From Dehalococcoidia bacterium (lineage in GTDB: Bacteria; Chloroflexota; Dehalococcoidia; Bin125): DNA of 64,000 nt. The notes beneath the pieces are model-generated. The model searched no databases and was not told the DNA's origin. It was given only the letters and a program-made list of their open reading frames with translations. The stretch is taken from contig CAXXRD010000002.1 in NCBI GenBank assembly GCA_963663895.2, positions 64,001 through 128,000 on the forward strand, written 5' to 3'. A program made the position numbers and the translations under genes. Positions 1-9,861 of this stretch are shown piece by piece (the stretch's first letter is position 1; every line of letters starts with the position of its first letter).

Positions 1-171
1 GTGGAGCGGGACGGCTGGTACCAGGTGAGGACGAAAGGCAGTCACCGGCAGTTTCACCATCCAACGAAGCGAGGAACGGTGACCATACCCGGTCGCCTCC
101 GTGACGATGTCGGGCCGAGGCTCTGGTCGAGTATCATGAGTCAAGCGGGACTCAGGAAGAGAAGCCGATGA
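1..171 (+). CDS. hicA: HicA-family mRNA interferase toxin (5' truncated by window edge)
   Basis: Frame 1 reads ERDGWYQVRTKGSHRQFHHPTKRGTVTIPG (KGSH motif). Its TGA overlaps the hicB ATG (ATGA). Confidence 0.9.
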   Translation: MERDGWYQVRTKGSHRQFHHPTKRGTVTIPGRLRDDVGPRLWSSIMSQAGLRKRSR

Positions 172-509
172 AGCTGACGTACGCAGTCGTCTTCGAGCGG
201 ACCCCAAACAACTACGGCGCTTACGTGCCCGATGTGCCGGGCTGCGTCAGCACCGGCGAGAGCTGGGACGAGATGCAGGCGATGATCCGCGAGGCGCTCG
301 CATGCCACATCGAGGCGCTGCTGGAGGATGGGGAACCGCTCCCGGAGCCGAAGATGTCCATCGACGACGCCATCGCGCATCACAGCGAACCCGTCCCCGA
401 GGATGTCCTTGCGTCCTACGCCGAGTTCGGCGACCCGACTCCCGTGATTTCGACCACGTTCCATCTGGTCGAGATCGAGGTTCCCGCCCTGCAACCCGAG
501 ACCGTCTAG
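168..509 (+). CDS. hicB: HicB-family antitoxin
   Basis: YAVVFE...NYGAYVPDVPGCVSTG..WDE....IREAL..HIEAL..DGEPLPEP; translationally coupled to hicA. Confidence 0.9.
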   Translation: MKLTYAVVFERTPNNYGAYVPDVPGCVSTGESWDEMQAMIREALACHIEALLEDGEPLPEPKMSIDDAIAHHSEPVPEDVLASYAEFGDPTPVISTTFHLVEIEVPALQPETV

Positions 510-721
510 GGGCTCGTCCGCGGGACTGTCGGCATGGCCGAATATTCCGACTCCAGCGAAGCCCTGCCCGAACCGTCGACCCTCACGTCGTTAAAGCCGA
601 CATCAATGCGAGGAAGTTGACCAGAACAAGCCCCATCTTCCGTTTCGCGGATTGGGGCGAGTCACGCTGCGCCGTCGGGATACGAGACGGAAGCGGTGCC
701 GGGTGAGAGAATCGACTCCCG

Positions 722-1489
722 ATGCTCACTTACCGGGCCCACGTCTACAACCTCGCAATGGCCGTGTCTGGGGAGGCCACGGACCTCGCATCGGCACTGT
801 CGCAATGCGAGGCGGCGCTTCAAGTTGAACCCGATAACCACGTCACTCTTTCTGCTCACCTGCCAAGCTTGAGGAGCCAGGCCGCCGTGCTAAGGGCTGC
901 CATCGATGCGTTCTACGGCGCCCTCCCCCCAGATATCCAAGATTGGGTCGCCCAAGAATCCCGGTTGTTGCGACACATGCGCTTCATCGAACACTACCTG
1001 GATCGGAGCCACCCCGGAGGGTGCTCCAGGGACCCGATTGACATCGTGAAGTTGGATTTGCCTGCCGTCATCAGGGAATTTGAATGATGGTATGGGACCC
1101 ACTCACCAACGGACACGGTTTTCGCCGATCGGCTGCAGCCCCACGTCGCCAATGGTCAACTGAACGCCGCAGTTAGAGAGGCGTGGGTCATCTTCAAGAC
1201 TCGCATGGTCGAGTTGTTCCACCTCCCAGCCGACACGGACGGTGACAAACTCGCAGGGAAACTATTCGGAGGAGAATCCGTCACCACACAGTTCCTGGCC
1301 GCCCATGAGCGCGAAGGGTACCTCCACCTTTTCAAGGGCCTGTACGCGTTGAGCCGTAACCCTGTCGCGCACAATGATGTGCCGCCAAGCCCGGAGGAGA
1401 CGGAGGCTGTGCTGGCGCTCCTGAACTCGGCGCTAGTGAGTATCGAAGCTGCTCACAACGAGGCTGTGGCCGAAACAGTCGGCAAGTAG
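722..1489 (+). pseudogene. TIGR02391-like (HEPN-type RNxxxH) protein interrupted by one in-frame TGA at 1085-1087
   Basis: ORFs 722..1087 and 1205..1489 are in the same frame and the sequence between them is open (WYG...AAVREAWVIFKTR). The C-part has DGDKLAGKLF...EREGYLHLFKGLYALSRNPVAH. Confidence 0.7.
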
Positions 1490-1498
1490 GCATCAAAC

Positions 1499-2848
1499 TT
1501 GGTTGTACCTGTTTCTGCCGGCCCCTACCCCGCATACCGCGACTCCGGCGTCGAGTGGCTCGGCGAGGTGCCGGAGCATTGGGAGGTGCGCCCCTTCCGC
1601 CGTATCCTTCGAGAGTCACTCAAGTACGGTGCCAACGAGGCTGCCGAACTAGACGATCCGAACCTTCCGCGGTTCATTCGGATCACTGACATCGACGACA
1701 CTGGGCACCTGCGCGACGAGACTTTTCGTTCACTGCCGGTCGCGATCGCAGAGCCATATCTGCTTGAGTCCGGTGACCTACTGTTCGCCAGGAGTGGGTC
1801 GGTAGGTCGAACGTTTCTCTACGACGATTCGTGGGGCACGTGCGCCTACGCCGGATACCTAATCCGAGCTCGCGTAGACCTTGCCAAGGTCATATCGAAG
1901 TTCATCTCGTACTTCAGCGCTTCTCACTCCTACATGAACTGGCTCAGAACAGTTGCGATACAGGCGACTATCGAGAATGTCAGCGCCGAGCGTTACGCGA
2001 GGATGCCAATTCCACTTCCGCCCCTCGACGAGCAGCGGACCATCGCGGCTTTCCTCGACCGGGAGGCGGAACGGATCGACGCGTTGGTGGCGAAGAAACG
2101 GCTGCTGATCGAGCGGCTGGAGGAGTACCGGACGGCGCTGATCACGCGCACCGTGACGCGCGGCCTCCCGCCCGAAGCCGCCCGCGCCGCCGGCCTCGAC
2201 CCCGCACCCCGCCTCAAGCCTTCCGGCATGGAGTGGCTGGGCGATGTGCCGGAGCATTGGGAAGTGAGGCGACTTGCCAACGTGATTCAGTGCCTTGACG
2301 GGAGACGTGTCCCCCTCAATGCGGAGGAGCGTTCCGAACGTCAAGGCGACTTCCCGTATTGGGGTGCTAACGGGGTTCTCGACTACCTCGACGATTGGCT
2401 ATTCGATGAGCCGTTAGTGCTGTTGGGCGAGGATGGGGCTCCCTTCTTTGCGCCGAACAAGCGAGTAGCGTTCTCGGTCTCGGGCCGGATCTGGGTAAAC
2501 AACCACGCTCACGTACTGCGACCAGACGGCATTCACCAAGAATTCTTGATGCACCTCCTCAACATCACTGAGTACGCAGCTTTCATTGACGGATCCACTC
2601 GCGACAAGCTCACACAGGGAGATATGAATGGCATTCCCGTCCTATTGCCGCCGACGGAGGAGCAGGCCGAGATAGCCAGATATCTCCGCGCCGAGGTCGC
2701 GGACCTCGACCTTGTCGCCTACAGGGTTGAGCGGGCCATCGAACGCCTCCAGGAGTACCGAACCGCCCTCATCACGGCCGCCGTGACCGGCAAGATCGAT
2801 GTGCGAGAATCTGCTGAGGGACCAGCGTCTATAGTGGCAGAAGGGTGA
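1499..2848 (+). CDS. hsdS: Type I R-M specificity subunit
   Basis: Two TRDs separated by repeated conserved blocks SG(V/M)EWLG(E/D)VPEHWEV, PP..EQ..IA and EYRTALIT; C-terminal AVTGKIDVR. Confidence 0.95.
   Translation: MVVPVSAGPYPAYRDSGVEWLGEVPEHWEVRPFRRILRESLKYGANEAAELDDPNLPRFIRITDIDDTGHLRDETFRSLPVAIAEPYLLESGDLLFARSGSVGRTFLYDDSWGTCAYAGYLIRARVDLAKVISKFISYFSASHSYMNWLRTVAIQATIENVSAERYARMPIPLPPLDEQRTIAAFLDREAERIDALVAKKRLLIERLEEYRTALITRTVTRGLPPEAARAAGLDPAPRLKPSGMEWLGDVPEHWEVRRLANVIQCLDGRRVPLNAEERSERQGDFPYWGANGVLDYLDDWLFDEPLVLLGEDGAPFFAPNKRVAFSVSGRIWVNNHAHVLRPDGIHQEFLMHLLNITEYAAFIDGSTRDKLTQGDMNGIPVLLPPTEEQAEIARYLRAEVADLDLVAYRVERAIERLQEYRTALITAAVTGKIDVRESAEGPASIVAEG
2775..2814 (+). repeat. 40-bp direct repeat, copy 1 (hsdS 3' end)
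   Basis: cggccgccgtgaccggcaagatcgatgtgcgagaatctgc matches 3725-3764 with 2 mismatches. Confidence 0.9.
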
Positions 2849-3426
2849 AGCGAGGACTGGCGGTGCGGGCAAGGCGGATGGTGAGGCGGCGGACGCGCAC
2901 CGAACACGGTGAAGCCCTTCCGGACTTGCCGGAGAACTGGCCGGAGGAACTCGGCGAAGAGGAGCTTGAGTACCTCTACACGGAAAGCCGCCTGCGGTTG
3001 CGTGAGACCATCGAATTCGGGGACCAACAGGAAGCGAAGGCGCTGGCCCTCATCCGGCTCGCTCTGATTCTCATCGCCGCCAGCGGCATCTTCGGCGATC
3101 TGCAACTGGAAGGCGCGTGGAGCGCGATCTCCATCGCGTCCGCCCTCGCGATCCTGTCATCGGTTCTCGTCGGCGGGGTCGCCTTTGTTCTGCTGCGTCC
3201 GCAGCGATGGGAAACGGGCGCCAACGTCGAGTGGCTTGCTCATTGGTCTGGGGCCGCTCCGCCGGCGATGAAGGCCGCTGTCCTTGAGACGCTCGTCGAA
3301 GGCTTTCGCAGGAACAATGCGATCATCCAGAAGCGCGGCGAACGGCTGGTCTGGCTGCTTTGGCTCGTGGCCTTGCAGACGGTCTGCGTCGTCAGCGTGC
3401 AGGTCGTGAGCGAACTGGATCTTTGA
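2845..3426 (+). CDS. Three-TM membrane protein, Pycsar-effector/DUF5706-like topology
   Basis: Helix-EAKALAL-TM-TM-RP...loop...N..I..KR-TM pattern; start overlaps the hsdS stop (GTGA). Family resemblance is by eye. Confidence 0.6.
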   Translation: MKRGLAVRARRMVRRRTRTEHGEALPDLPENWPEELGEEELEYLYTESRLRLRETIEFGDQQEAKALALIRLALILIAASGIFGDLQLEGAWSAISIASALAILSSVLVGGVAFVLLRPQRWETGANVEWLAHWSGAAPPAMKAAVLETLVEGFRRNNAIIQKRGERLVWLLWLVALQTVCVVSVQVVSELDL

Positions 3427-3699
3427 ACAGGGCGGGAGGCACTAGCCAATGCCCTTCTTGAGCAAGGTGCTGGGCGATCCCGGCGGGCGCTTGCCCTCAC
3501 CCTTGGGGCCGCCGCTCCTTGTGGCTGGCGTGCTGGGCTTCCCAGACGGTTTTGGAGGCGGCGCCTGGGGCTGGTCCGCCTGACCGCGTGTTCCCGTGTC
3601 GCTAGCCATAGTGCAATTATTGAAGGCCTGCACAAGGAAGTCAAAGTACGCTTTGTCCGTTGCTCCCGCCACCAGCGGGGGCGCGGCAAGTACCTGGAG

Positions 3700-3790
3700 G
3701 GGAATATCGACCTGGCCCTCGTTCCGGCCGCCGTCACCGGCAAGATCGACGTGCGAGAATCTGCCCGCGAGCAGCTCGCCGCGAACTAGG
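3700..3790 (+). pseudogene. Orphan 3' remnant of a second hsdS (repeat copy 2 at 3725-3764)
   Basis: Translates as ..LALVPAAVTGKIDVRESAREQLAAN*, ending a few nt before the hsdR ATG. Confidence 0.75.
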
Positions 3791-3796
3791 CCGCCC

Positions 3797-6700
3797 ATGA
3801 CCAGCCAGACCAACGAGCAAGCCTTCGAGACCACCGTCGAGTCGATGCTTCTCGTCGGCGGCTGGCGGGCGGCCAACCTGGACGAGTGGGACACCGAGCG
3901 GGCGCTCTTCCCGGCGCGCGCGCTCGCCTTCCTGCGCGAGACGCAGCCCGAGCAGTGGGCGGCAATGGACCGCCTCCACGGCGACAACCTGGAGGCGATG
4001 ATCACCGATGCGCTGGTGAAGGAGCTCGACCTCAAGGGGTCGCTGCACGTCCTGCGGCACGGCTTCAAGTTCTACGGCAAGAGCTTCCGCCTCGCCTCCT
4101 TCAAGCCGGCGCACGGCCTCAACGCCGAGGCGCTGGCGCGGTTCGCCCGCAACGCGCTGACCGTCACGCGCCAGGTGCCCTGCCATCCGGGCAAGGGCGA
4201 CACTCTCGACCTCGTCTTCGCCCTCAACGGGGTGCCGGTCGCGACCTGCGAGCTCAAGAACCCGATGACCGGCCAGACGTGGCGCCACGCCGTGCGCCAG
4301 TACCAGCAGGACCGCGACCCCAACGCCCCCATCTTCCGCTTCCAGAAGCGGGCCCTCGTCCATTTCGCCGCCGACCCCGACGAGGTGCACATGACGACGC
4401 GCCTCGCCGGCGATGCGACGCGCTTCCTGCCCTTCAACCGCGGCAGCAGCCCCGGCGCCGTCGGCTGCGGCGCCGGCAACCCCCAGCATGCATCCGGCTA
4501 CCGCAGCGGCTACTTCTGGCAGGAGGTGCTCGAACGGGAGCGCTTCCTCGACATCCTCGGCTCCTACCTCTTCGTGGAGCGCCGCGAGGAGAAGGTCGAG
4601 GACGGCCAGGGCGCGCGCACGGTCCAGCGCGAGAACGTGATCTTCCCGCGCTACCACCAGCTCGACGCCGTCGGCCGGCTGGTGACGGCGGCCGGAAGCG
4701 AGGGGCCGGGGCGCAACTACTTGATCCAGCACTCGGCCGGCAGCGGCAAGACCAACAGCATCTCCTGGCTCTCGCACCGGCTCGCCAGCCTGCACGACGC
4801 CGGCGACGCCAAGGTCTTCGACTGCGTCGTCGTCATCACCGACCGCCGTGTCCTCGACCAGCAGCTGCAGGACGCCATCTACCAGATCGAGCACGCGCAA
4901 GGGGTCGTCAAGGCGATCGACCAGGATTCGCAGCAGCTGGCGCAGGCGCTCGTCGACGGCACCAAGATCGTGATCACGACGCTGCAGAAGTTCCCCTTCG
5001 TCTTGAAGGGCCTCCTACGCGCCGCCGGCGCCGCCGATCCCAAGACTCCGACCGAGGAGGAGAGCGCCCAAGCCGCCGAGTGGCGCAAGGCGATCGCCCG
5101 GCGCACCTACGCCGTCATCGTCGACGAGGCGCACAGCAGCCAGAGCGGCGAGAGCGCGCGCGAGATGAAGGCCATCCTCGGCGCTCGCGCGCAGGCGGCC
5201 GCCGGAGAAGCCGAGGACTGGCAGGACGGCCTCAACGCCGTCGTCGAGTCACGCGGCCCGCAGCCCAACCTCTCCTTCTTCGCCTTCACGGCGACTCCCA
5301 AGGGCAAGACCGTGGAGCTGTTCGGCCGGCCCGCGCCGGGCGGCGCGCCGCGGGCCTTCCACGTCTACAGCATGCGGCAGGCGATCGAGGAAGGCTTCAT
5401 CCTCGACGTGCTGCGGCACTACATCGACTACGACGCCTACTACCGCTTGGTGAAGCAGGCCGAGGACGATCCGACCGTGCCCAAGCGCCGCACGGCCGTG
5501 GCCCTGGCGAGGTTCATGACCCTGCACCCGCACAACATCGCCCAGAAGACCGAGGTGATCGTCGAGCACTTCCGCAACCACGTGCGGCACCACCTCAACG
5601 GCCGGGCCAAGGCGATGGTGGTCACCTCGTCGCGCCTGCACGCCGTGCGCTACATGCAGGCCTTCCAGCGCTACCTCGCCGAGCAAGGCTACAGCGACGT
5701 GCGCCCCCTGGTCGCGTTCAGCGGCACGGTCCGCGACCCCGACACGGGCGAGGAGTTCACCGAGCCCGGCATGAACACCGACATCGTGACGGGCAAGCCG
5801 ATCGGCGAGAGCGCGCTGCCTGCCCGCTTCGCCTCGCCCGACTACCAGATCCTGCTGGTGGCGGAGAAGTACCAGACCGGTTTCGACCAGCCGCTGCTGC
5901 AGGCGATGTACGTGGACAAGCGCCTGGACGGCGTGCAGGCCGTGCAGACGCTCTCGCGCCTCAACCGCGTCGCGCCGGGCAAGGCGCCCCCCTTCGTCCT
6001 CGACTTCGTGAACGACCCCGAGGAGATCTGCAGCGCCTTCGCGCCCTACTACGACCGCACGAAGCTGCTGGCCGCCTCCGACCCGCACCAGCTCGAATCC
6101 CTGAAGCACGAGCTGGACGGCATGCAGGTCTACCACCAGAGCGAGGTCGAGGCGTTCGCCCAGATCTTCTATCTTCCTGCTTCGAAGCGAAGTGCGGGCG
6201 ACCATGCCCGGCTCGAAAGGCAATTGCAGCCTGCCCGCGATCGCTTCGCAGCGCTCGACGAAGACGGGCAGACGGCGTTCCGCGACCGCCTGGGCGCGTT
6301 CGTGCACCTCTACGCCTTCCTGAGCCAGATCATCCCCTACGGCGACAGCGAGCAGGAGCAGCTCTCCTCGTTCGGCCGGGCGCTGCTCCCGCACCTGCTG
6401 CCGGATCGGGACGACGGCGCGATCCATCTCAGCGACGACGTGGAGCTGGAGTACTACCGGCTGCAGCGCGTCTCGTCCGGCGCGATCGGCGTCGGGGAGG
6501 AGGAAGAGGCCTACGTCACGAGCCCCACCGCCGTGGGTACGGGCAACCTCGAGGAGGAGCGGGCGCCGCTCTCGGAGATCATCGACCGCCTCAACGAGCG
6601 GTTCGGCACGGAGTTCACGAAGGAGGATCGACTGTTCTTCGAGCAGGTGAAGGAGCGTGGTGTCCGCGATGAGAATATCCGGCAGATGGCTCTCGCGAAC

Positions 6701-6889
6701 CCCTACGACAAGTTCGCGCTGGGCATCCGGGCCCTCATCCAGCAGTTGATGTTGGAGCGCATGGCCGACAACGACGCCATCGTGACGCGCTACATGAGCG
6801 ACAAAGCATTCGAGGAAACGGCCTTTCCCGTCCTCGCCCGTGAGATATTCGACACGGTCACGGCCGGGACGACGCCAGAGCAAGCCTAA
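3797..6889 (+). CDS. hsdR: Type I restriction endonuclease subunit R
   Basis: Nuclease motif D..FALNGVPVATCELKN, Walker A HSAGSGKT, DEAH box, FTATP and QTLSRLNR. Start placed at MTSQTNEQAFE. Confidence 0.95.
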   Translation: MTSQTNEQAFETTVESMLLVGGWRAANLDEWDTERALFPARALAFLRETQPEQWAAMDRLHGDNLEAMITDALVKELDLKGSLHVLRHGFKFYGKSFRLASFKPAHGLNAEALARFARNALTVTRQVPCHPGKGDTLDLVFALNGVPVATCELKNPMTGQTWRHAVRQYQQDRDPNAPIFRFQKRALVHFAADPDEVHMTTRLAGDATRFLPFNRGSSPGAVGCGAGNPQHASGYRSGYFWQEVLERERFLDILGSYLFVERREEKVEDGQGARTVQRENVIFPRYHQLDAVGRLVTAAGSEGPGRNYLIQHSAGSGKTNSISWLSHRLASLHDAGDAKVFDCVVVITDRRVLDQQLQDAIYQIEHAQGVVKAIDQDSQQLAQALVDGTKIVITTLQKFPFVLKGLLRAAGAADPKTPTEEESAQAAEWRKAIARRTYAVIVDEAHSSQSGESAREMKAILGARAQAAAGEAEDWQDGLNAVVESRGPQPNLSFFAFTATPKGKTVELFGRPAPGGAPRAFHVYSMRQAIEEGFILDVLRHYIDYDAYYRLVKQAEDDPTVPKRRTAVALARFMTLHPHNIAQKTEVIVEHFRNHVRHHLNGRAKAMVVTSSRLHAVRYMQAFQRYLAEQGYSDVRPLVAFSGTVRDPDTGEEFTEPGMNTDIVTGKPIGESALPARFASPDYQILLVAEKYQTGFDQPLLQAMYVDKRLDGVQAVQTLSRLNRVAPGKAPPFVLDFVNDPEEICSAFAPYYDRTKLLAASDPHQLESLKHELDGMQVYHQSEVEAFAQIFYLPASKRSAGDHARLERQLQPARDRFAALDEDGQTAFRDRLGAFVHLYAFLSQIIPYGDSEQEQLSSFGRALLPHLLPDRDDGAIHLSDDVELEYYRLQRVSSGAIGVGEEEEAYVTSPTAVGTGNLEEERAPLSEIIDRLNERFGTEFTKEDRLFFEQVKERGVRDENIRQMALANPYDKFALGIRALIQQLMLERMADNDAIVTRYMSDKAFEETAFPVLAREIFDTVTAGTTPEQA

Positions 6890-6950
6890 TGGATCTGCCG
6901 CTTCGGCGAGGCGGAGGAGTGGACGCGGATGGTCAGGGGCATGCCGCACC

Positions 6951-7050
6951 CACCGCGCAGAGTCGCTTGACCAGCCCTTGTACCGCGAGCACCTGCACGG
7001 ACTCCACGGACCATACTCTGCGGGTGGGTTCCGCCAGCTTGAATCTGTCC
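6951..7050 (+). repeat. Degenerate ~100-bp repeat, copy 1 (copy 2 at 9862-9961)
   Basis: Ungapped manual alignment of about 67/100 identities, sharing an exact 16-mer cgagcacctgcacgga. Confidence 0.6.
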
Positions 7051-7401
7051 ACCGGGGCCATCCGTGGGGAAGGTACTGTCATCTCAACGACACTCTCGCC
7101 TGCGACGCTAAGAAGATAACCTATCGGCCGTCAGGCCTCATATCCTCCCGCTCACCGAGCCGGAGCCCACGGGCTGGCATTCGCTAGATAACGGTCGAAC
7201 CCCACACCGCTGTCAGGTCAATGGAGGAGTGTTGCCAAGAATCTGCTCAAAGCACTCCCTATGCAGCGAGAAGAGTGGAATTATTCGAAAGCCCAAGGGG
7301 ACTAGGGAGTTTGCCTACTCGAACATACGGCTCCATAGCCTCTCTGAACTTCATACCGCGCGCTTCTCCGCTATCCGAACAACGGCTACACGGCGGATCC
7401 A

Positions 7402-8991
7402 TTACTCCAACATCGCACGCTCGATAAGTCTTCGAAACTCTGGATCATCTTTGTAGTCCTCAAATACTGGGAACTCTACGAGTTGGTGTGAGCTTAAGCT
7501 CTTGCCCAAAGCCTGCTCAATCGCGATAAACATTTCCTCTTTGTTGCCCCGCAATGCTGCCACGCCTGCCCTTAAATCTATATCGGCCGTGCTCCCATCT
7601 TGATCCAAAGTCTCAAGGTCTCTCTCCATCTCCTCAATCCGATCTAGCCTCTTTAATGCAATAGCCCTATTGATCCTGATATAAGCTTTGTCAAGACTCG
7701 CGTCGGAATGACTCTTGGATGTCATATTCAAGACTTCGGACGCCAAGTCTACAACCAGTTCATTCTCTTCAGCTCGGAGAAGCAAATATATTTTCTGACC
7801 ATCTGATAAGGGCGAATCAGGCACAAACTGGGCCAGCTTTTCGTGCTTACCTGCTGCCAAAAGGGCTTCCGCGTAGCTGCCTGCTATCCCTATATCGTGA
7901 GGGTCTTCCTCGTAGGCCTGGTCCCATACAATAAGGGCTTTTTCGACTTCACCCTTTGCAGCCAACGTGGCAGCTTCAACTGAGAGAGGTAGAACTGGCC
8001 TGTGAGTGTTCAACCCCATTAGCAGCCGTCGAATATCTTTCCCGATAATCGAGTGCTCTTTGAGCTGTGGCCTCACATCGACAAAAAGTCTGGCTCGGTC
8101 TCTTGCCATATCGAACGGACGAGAAATAGGCCTTGGCAGGCTAAGATCGGCTTCCGCGTGGAGATCGGCGGCGAATTCGTCGAAGCCGTCGATCTCGACG
8201 AGATAAACGCGATCCTTGCGAAGTAAGGACTCTAGGCGTCCAGAAACTTCTGCGCCACGACGTTGACACCAATAGACCCCTTGCCTGTAGTTATCCTCAT
8301 CGCGGAGAAGAAGTTCAAGTGTGTCCATAACCGATCTGTCGCGCCCGCTATATCCAAGAACTATAAGTCCATATTCTTGAGCAAACTGACCGAGCTTCTT
8401 CTTGGTATTAGCTTCTAAAGTCTCTAATTCTGCTAGGGTGTTCTTAATGTTATCGTACAGAAAATCGCCGTGGAGTTTAATTAACTTGGGACGGCCAGAC
8501 GTTACGCGAATCCCTTGGATCGCAGAATCATGGGCAGCAACAATAGGACGAAGCCCATCAGAGTAGAGATAACAAGCCTCATTGAGAAGGTCGTCAAAAT
8601 TGGTTGTGAAGACAACGTCAAATATACGATTGGCCAAGAAGTTCGTTAGATAAACATATCCCCAGCTGGGATGGCCATCTTTGACTACCTCCTCGATATA
8701 CGCCCGACGTTGAGGAGGTTGGTCATAGATCTCTTCGAAGAGTAGAGAATATTCGTCGTCGCTGTGTGACCAAGATTGAGCGGTGAGCCAGGTATCGTAG
8801 GGTATCGTGCTGGAGGACCGCTTGAAGAGGAGCCGACGCCACTCCTCGATCATGTCTTCTGCAGTGCGAACGCCGGATGTGACGGAAGCGCCAGACCCAA
8901 GAAAGAGAGCGAAGTTCGGCACGTTCGCATTGCGGGTGACGATGAGGTGCATCAAGTGCTGTGCGGTCTTGGCGTTCGAAGAGAGCGGCAT
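7402..8991 (-). CDS. SIR2-family NADase domain with TPR-like helical C-terminus (probable anti-phage effector)
   Basis: FLGSGAS, TTNFDDLL, KLHGD and GYSGRD sirtuin motifs; TPR-like helices (ALIVWDQAYEEDP, INRAIALKRL); visibly lower GC than the flanks. Confidence 0.85.
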   Translation of the reverse strand: MPLSSNAKTAQHLMHLIVTRNANVPNFALFLGSGASVTSGVRTAEDMIEEWRRLLFKRSSSTIPYDTWLTAQSWSHSDDEYSLLFEEIYDQPPQRRAYIEEVVKDGHPSWGYVYLTNFLANRIFDVVFTTNFDDLLNEACYLYSDGLRPIVAAHDSAIQGIRVTSGRPKLIKLHGDFLYDNIKNTLAELETLEANTKKKLGQFAQEYGLIVLGYSGRDRSVMDTLELLLRDEDNYRQGVYWCQRRGAEVSGRLESLLRKDRVYLVEIDGFDEFAADLHAEADLSLPRPISRPFDMARDRARLFVDVRPQLKEHSIIGKDIRRLLMGLNTHRPVLPLSVEAATLAAKGEVEKALIVWDQAYEEDPHDIGIAGSYAEALLAAGKHEKLAQFVPDSPLSDGQKIYLLLRAEENELVVDLASEVLNMTSKSHSDASLDKAYIRINRAIALKRLDRIEEMERDLETLDQDGSTADIDLRAGVAALRGNKEEMFIAIEQALGKSLSSHQLVEFPVFEDYKDDPEFRRLIERAMLE

Positions 8992-9399
8992 GAGAACTCC
9001 GGCGCAGTGCGGCGTCTAGGAATCTGAGTGGAGGGAGTGAGCAAGGTAGGACTGGAAGCCAGAAGAGGCAATACCGAACAATACCCGTAAGAAGACGTTC
9101 TGGGTGGAGGGTACCAACGTCGAAAGGGGGAAATCGGAAATGCGAATGGTTTTCCCTGGTGGTTGGTCAGGAAATCGAGGTCTCGGCTTCGTCGACGGAA
9201 GCGAACTGCGGGGACCGTCTGAGCGGGTCACTCGCGACTGTCGGATAACCCCGGCAACATGCGGCCGAGCCTCAGCACAGGTCCTCCTATCCGAGAAGGC
9301 CGTCGAGCCACTATCACTAGCCCTCGCCTTCTTCAGAGTCGACATCCCCACAGAAAGAGAAACGTAGATTGAGGGCGCCTCGGTGTCGTTCTACAACGG

Positions 9400-9770
9400 C
9401 ACGCCGGCTTCCGAGCTGATCGCCGGTCAAATGGTTATCCGCCTCGTACAACGTTTTCAGGTTGGTGAAGTTGCCCGTTCCCCCCCCCCCCGGGGGGGGG
9501 GTCCTTGGTAAGTTCATTGCCATTGAAAAAGAAGGTAGCCGCCGAGTGCAGTTGCGCCAGTTCGCGCGGGATCTCCCCTTCCAGGGGATTTGCACTCACA
9601 CCCAGAAGTCTCAACTTGGAGAGTTGAACGACTTCGGCTGATTCAGCCCCGCCAATTCAGAGGAGTTCAGGAATAGCGACTGTCACCCTAACAGGTTGTC
9701 CAGGTAGCGATGTCGGCCTAGTCCGTCCATTGGTAGCACTGTAGAACGCAACTTGCTCGCCCCTACCCGG
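9400..9770 (-). pseudogene. Decayed eukaryote-like (plant-type) leucine-rich-repeat gene
   Basis: Across frames it reads VAFYSATNG (N-cap) ... QLSKLRLLGVSANPLEGEIPRELAQLHSAATFFFNGNELT ... GNFTNLKTLYEADNHLTG. Stops present, and a C12G10 run lies at the frameshift. Confidence 0.7.
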
Positions 9771-9861
9771 TGAGACTGGCGGCTGCGGAGTGGTCACGGT
9801 CAGGAGCGATGCCTGTAGCGGACGCGCCCGCTGGCGCAAGTAATCGCGCTCACGCGACCCC

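Noticed and set aside
1085-1130. Selenocysteine recoding of the in-frame TGA
   Set aside because: No convincing bacterial SECIS and no redox Cys-type context; a nonsense mutation is simpler.
3442-3609. 55-aa Pro/Gly/Lys-rich minus-strand ORF convergent with the membrane gene
   Set aside because: Low complexity with no clear RBS or motif, so it cannot be supported as a gene, though it is not excluded.
3596-3796. N-terminal extension of hsdR in the ORF track
   Set aside because: It overlaps the hsdS remnant in another frame, and the family-like sequence starts at ATG 3797.
3886-6949. Long alternative-frame and antisense ORFs (also 31367-33817, 14887-16635, 52229-53803 and others)
   Set aside because: Arg/Pro/Gly-rich shadow ORFs typical of high-GC coding DNA, with no motifs.
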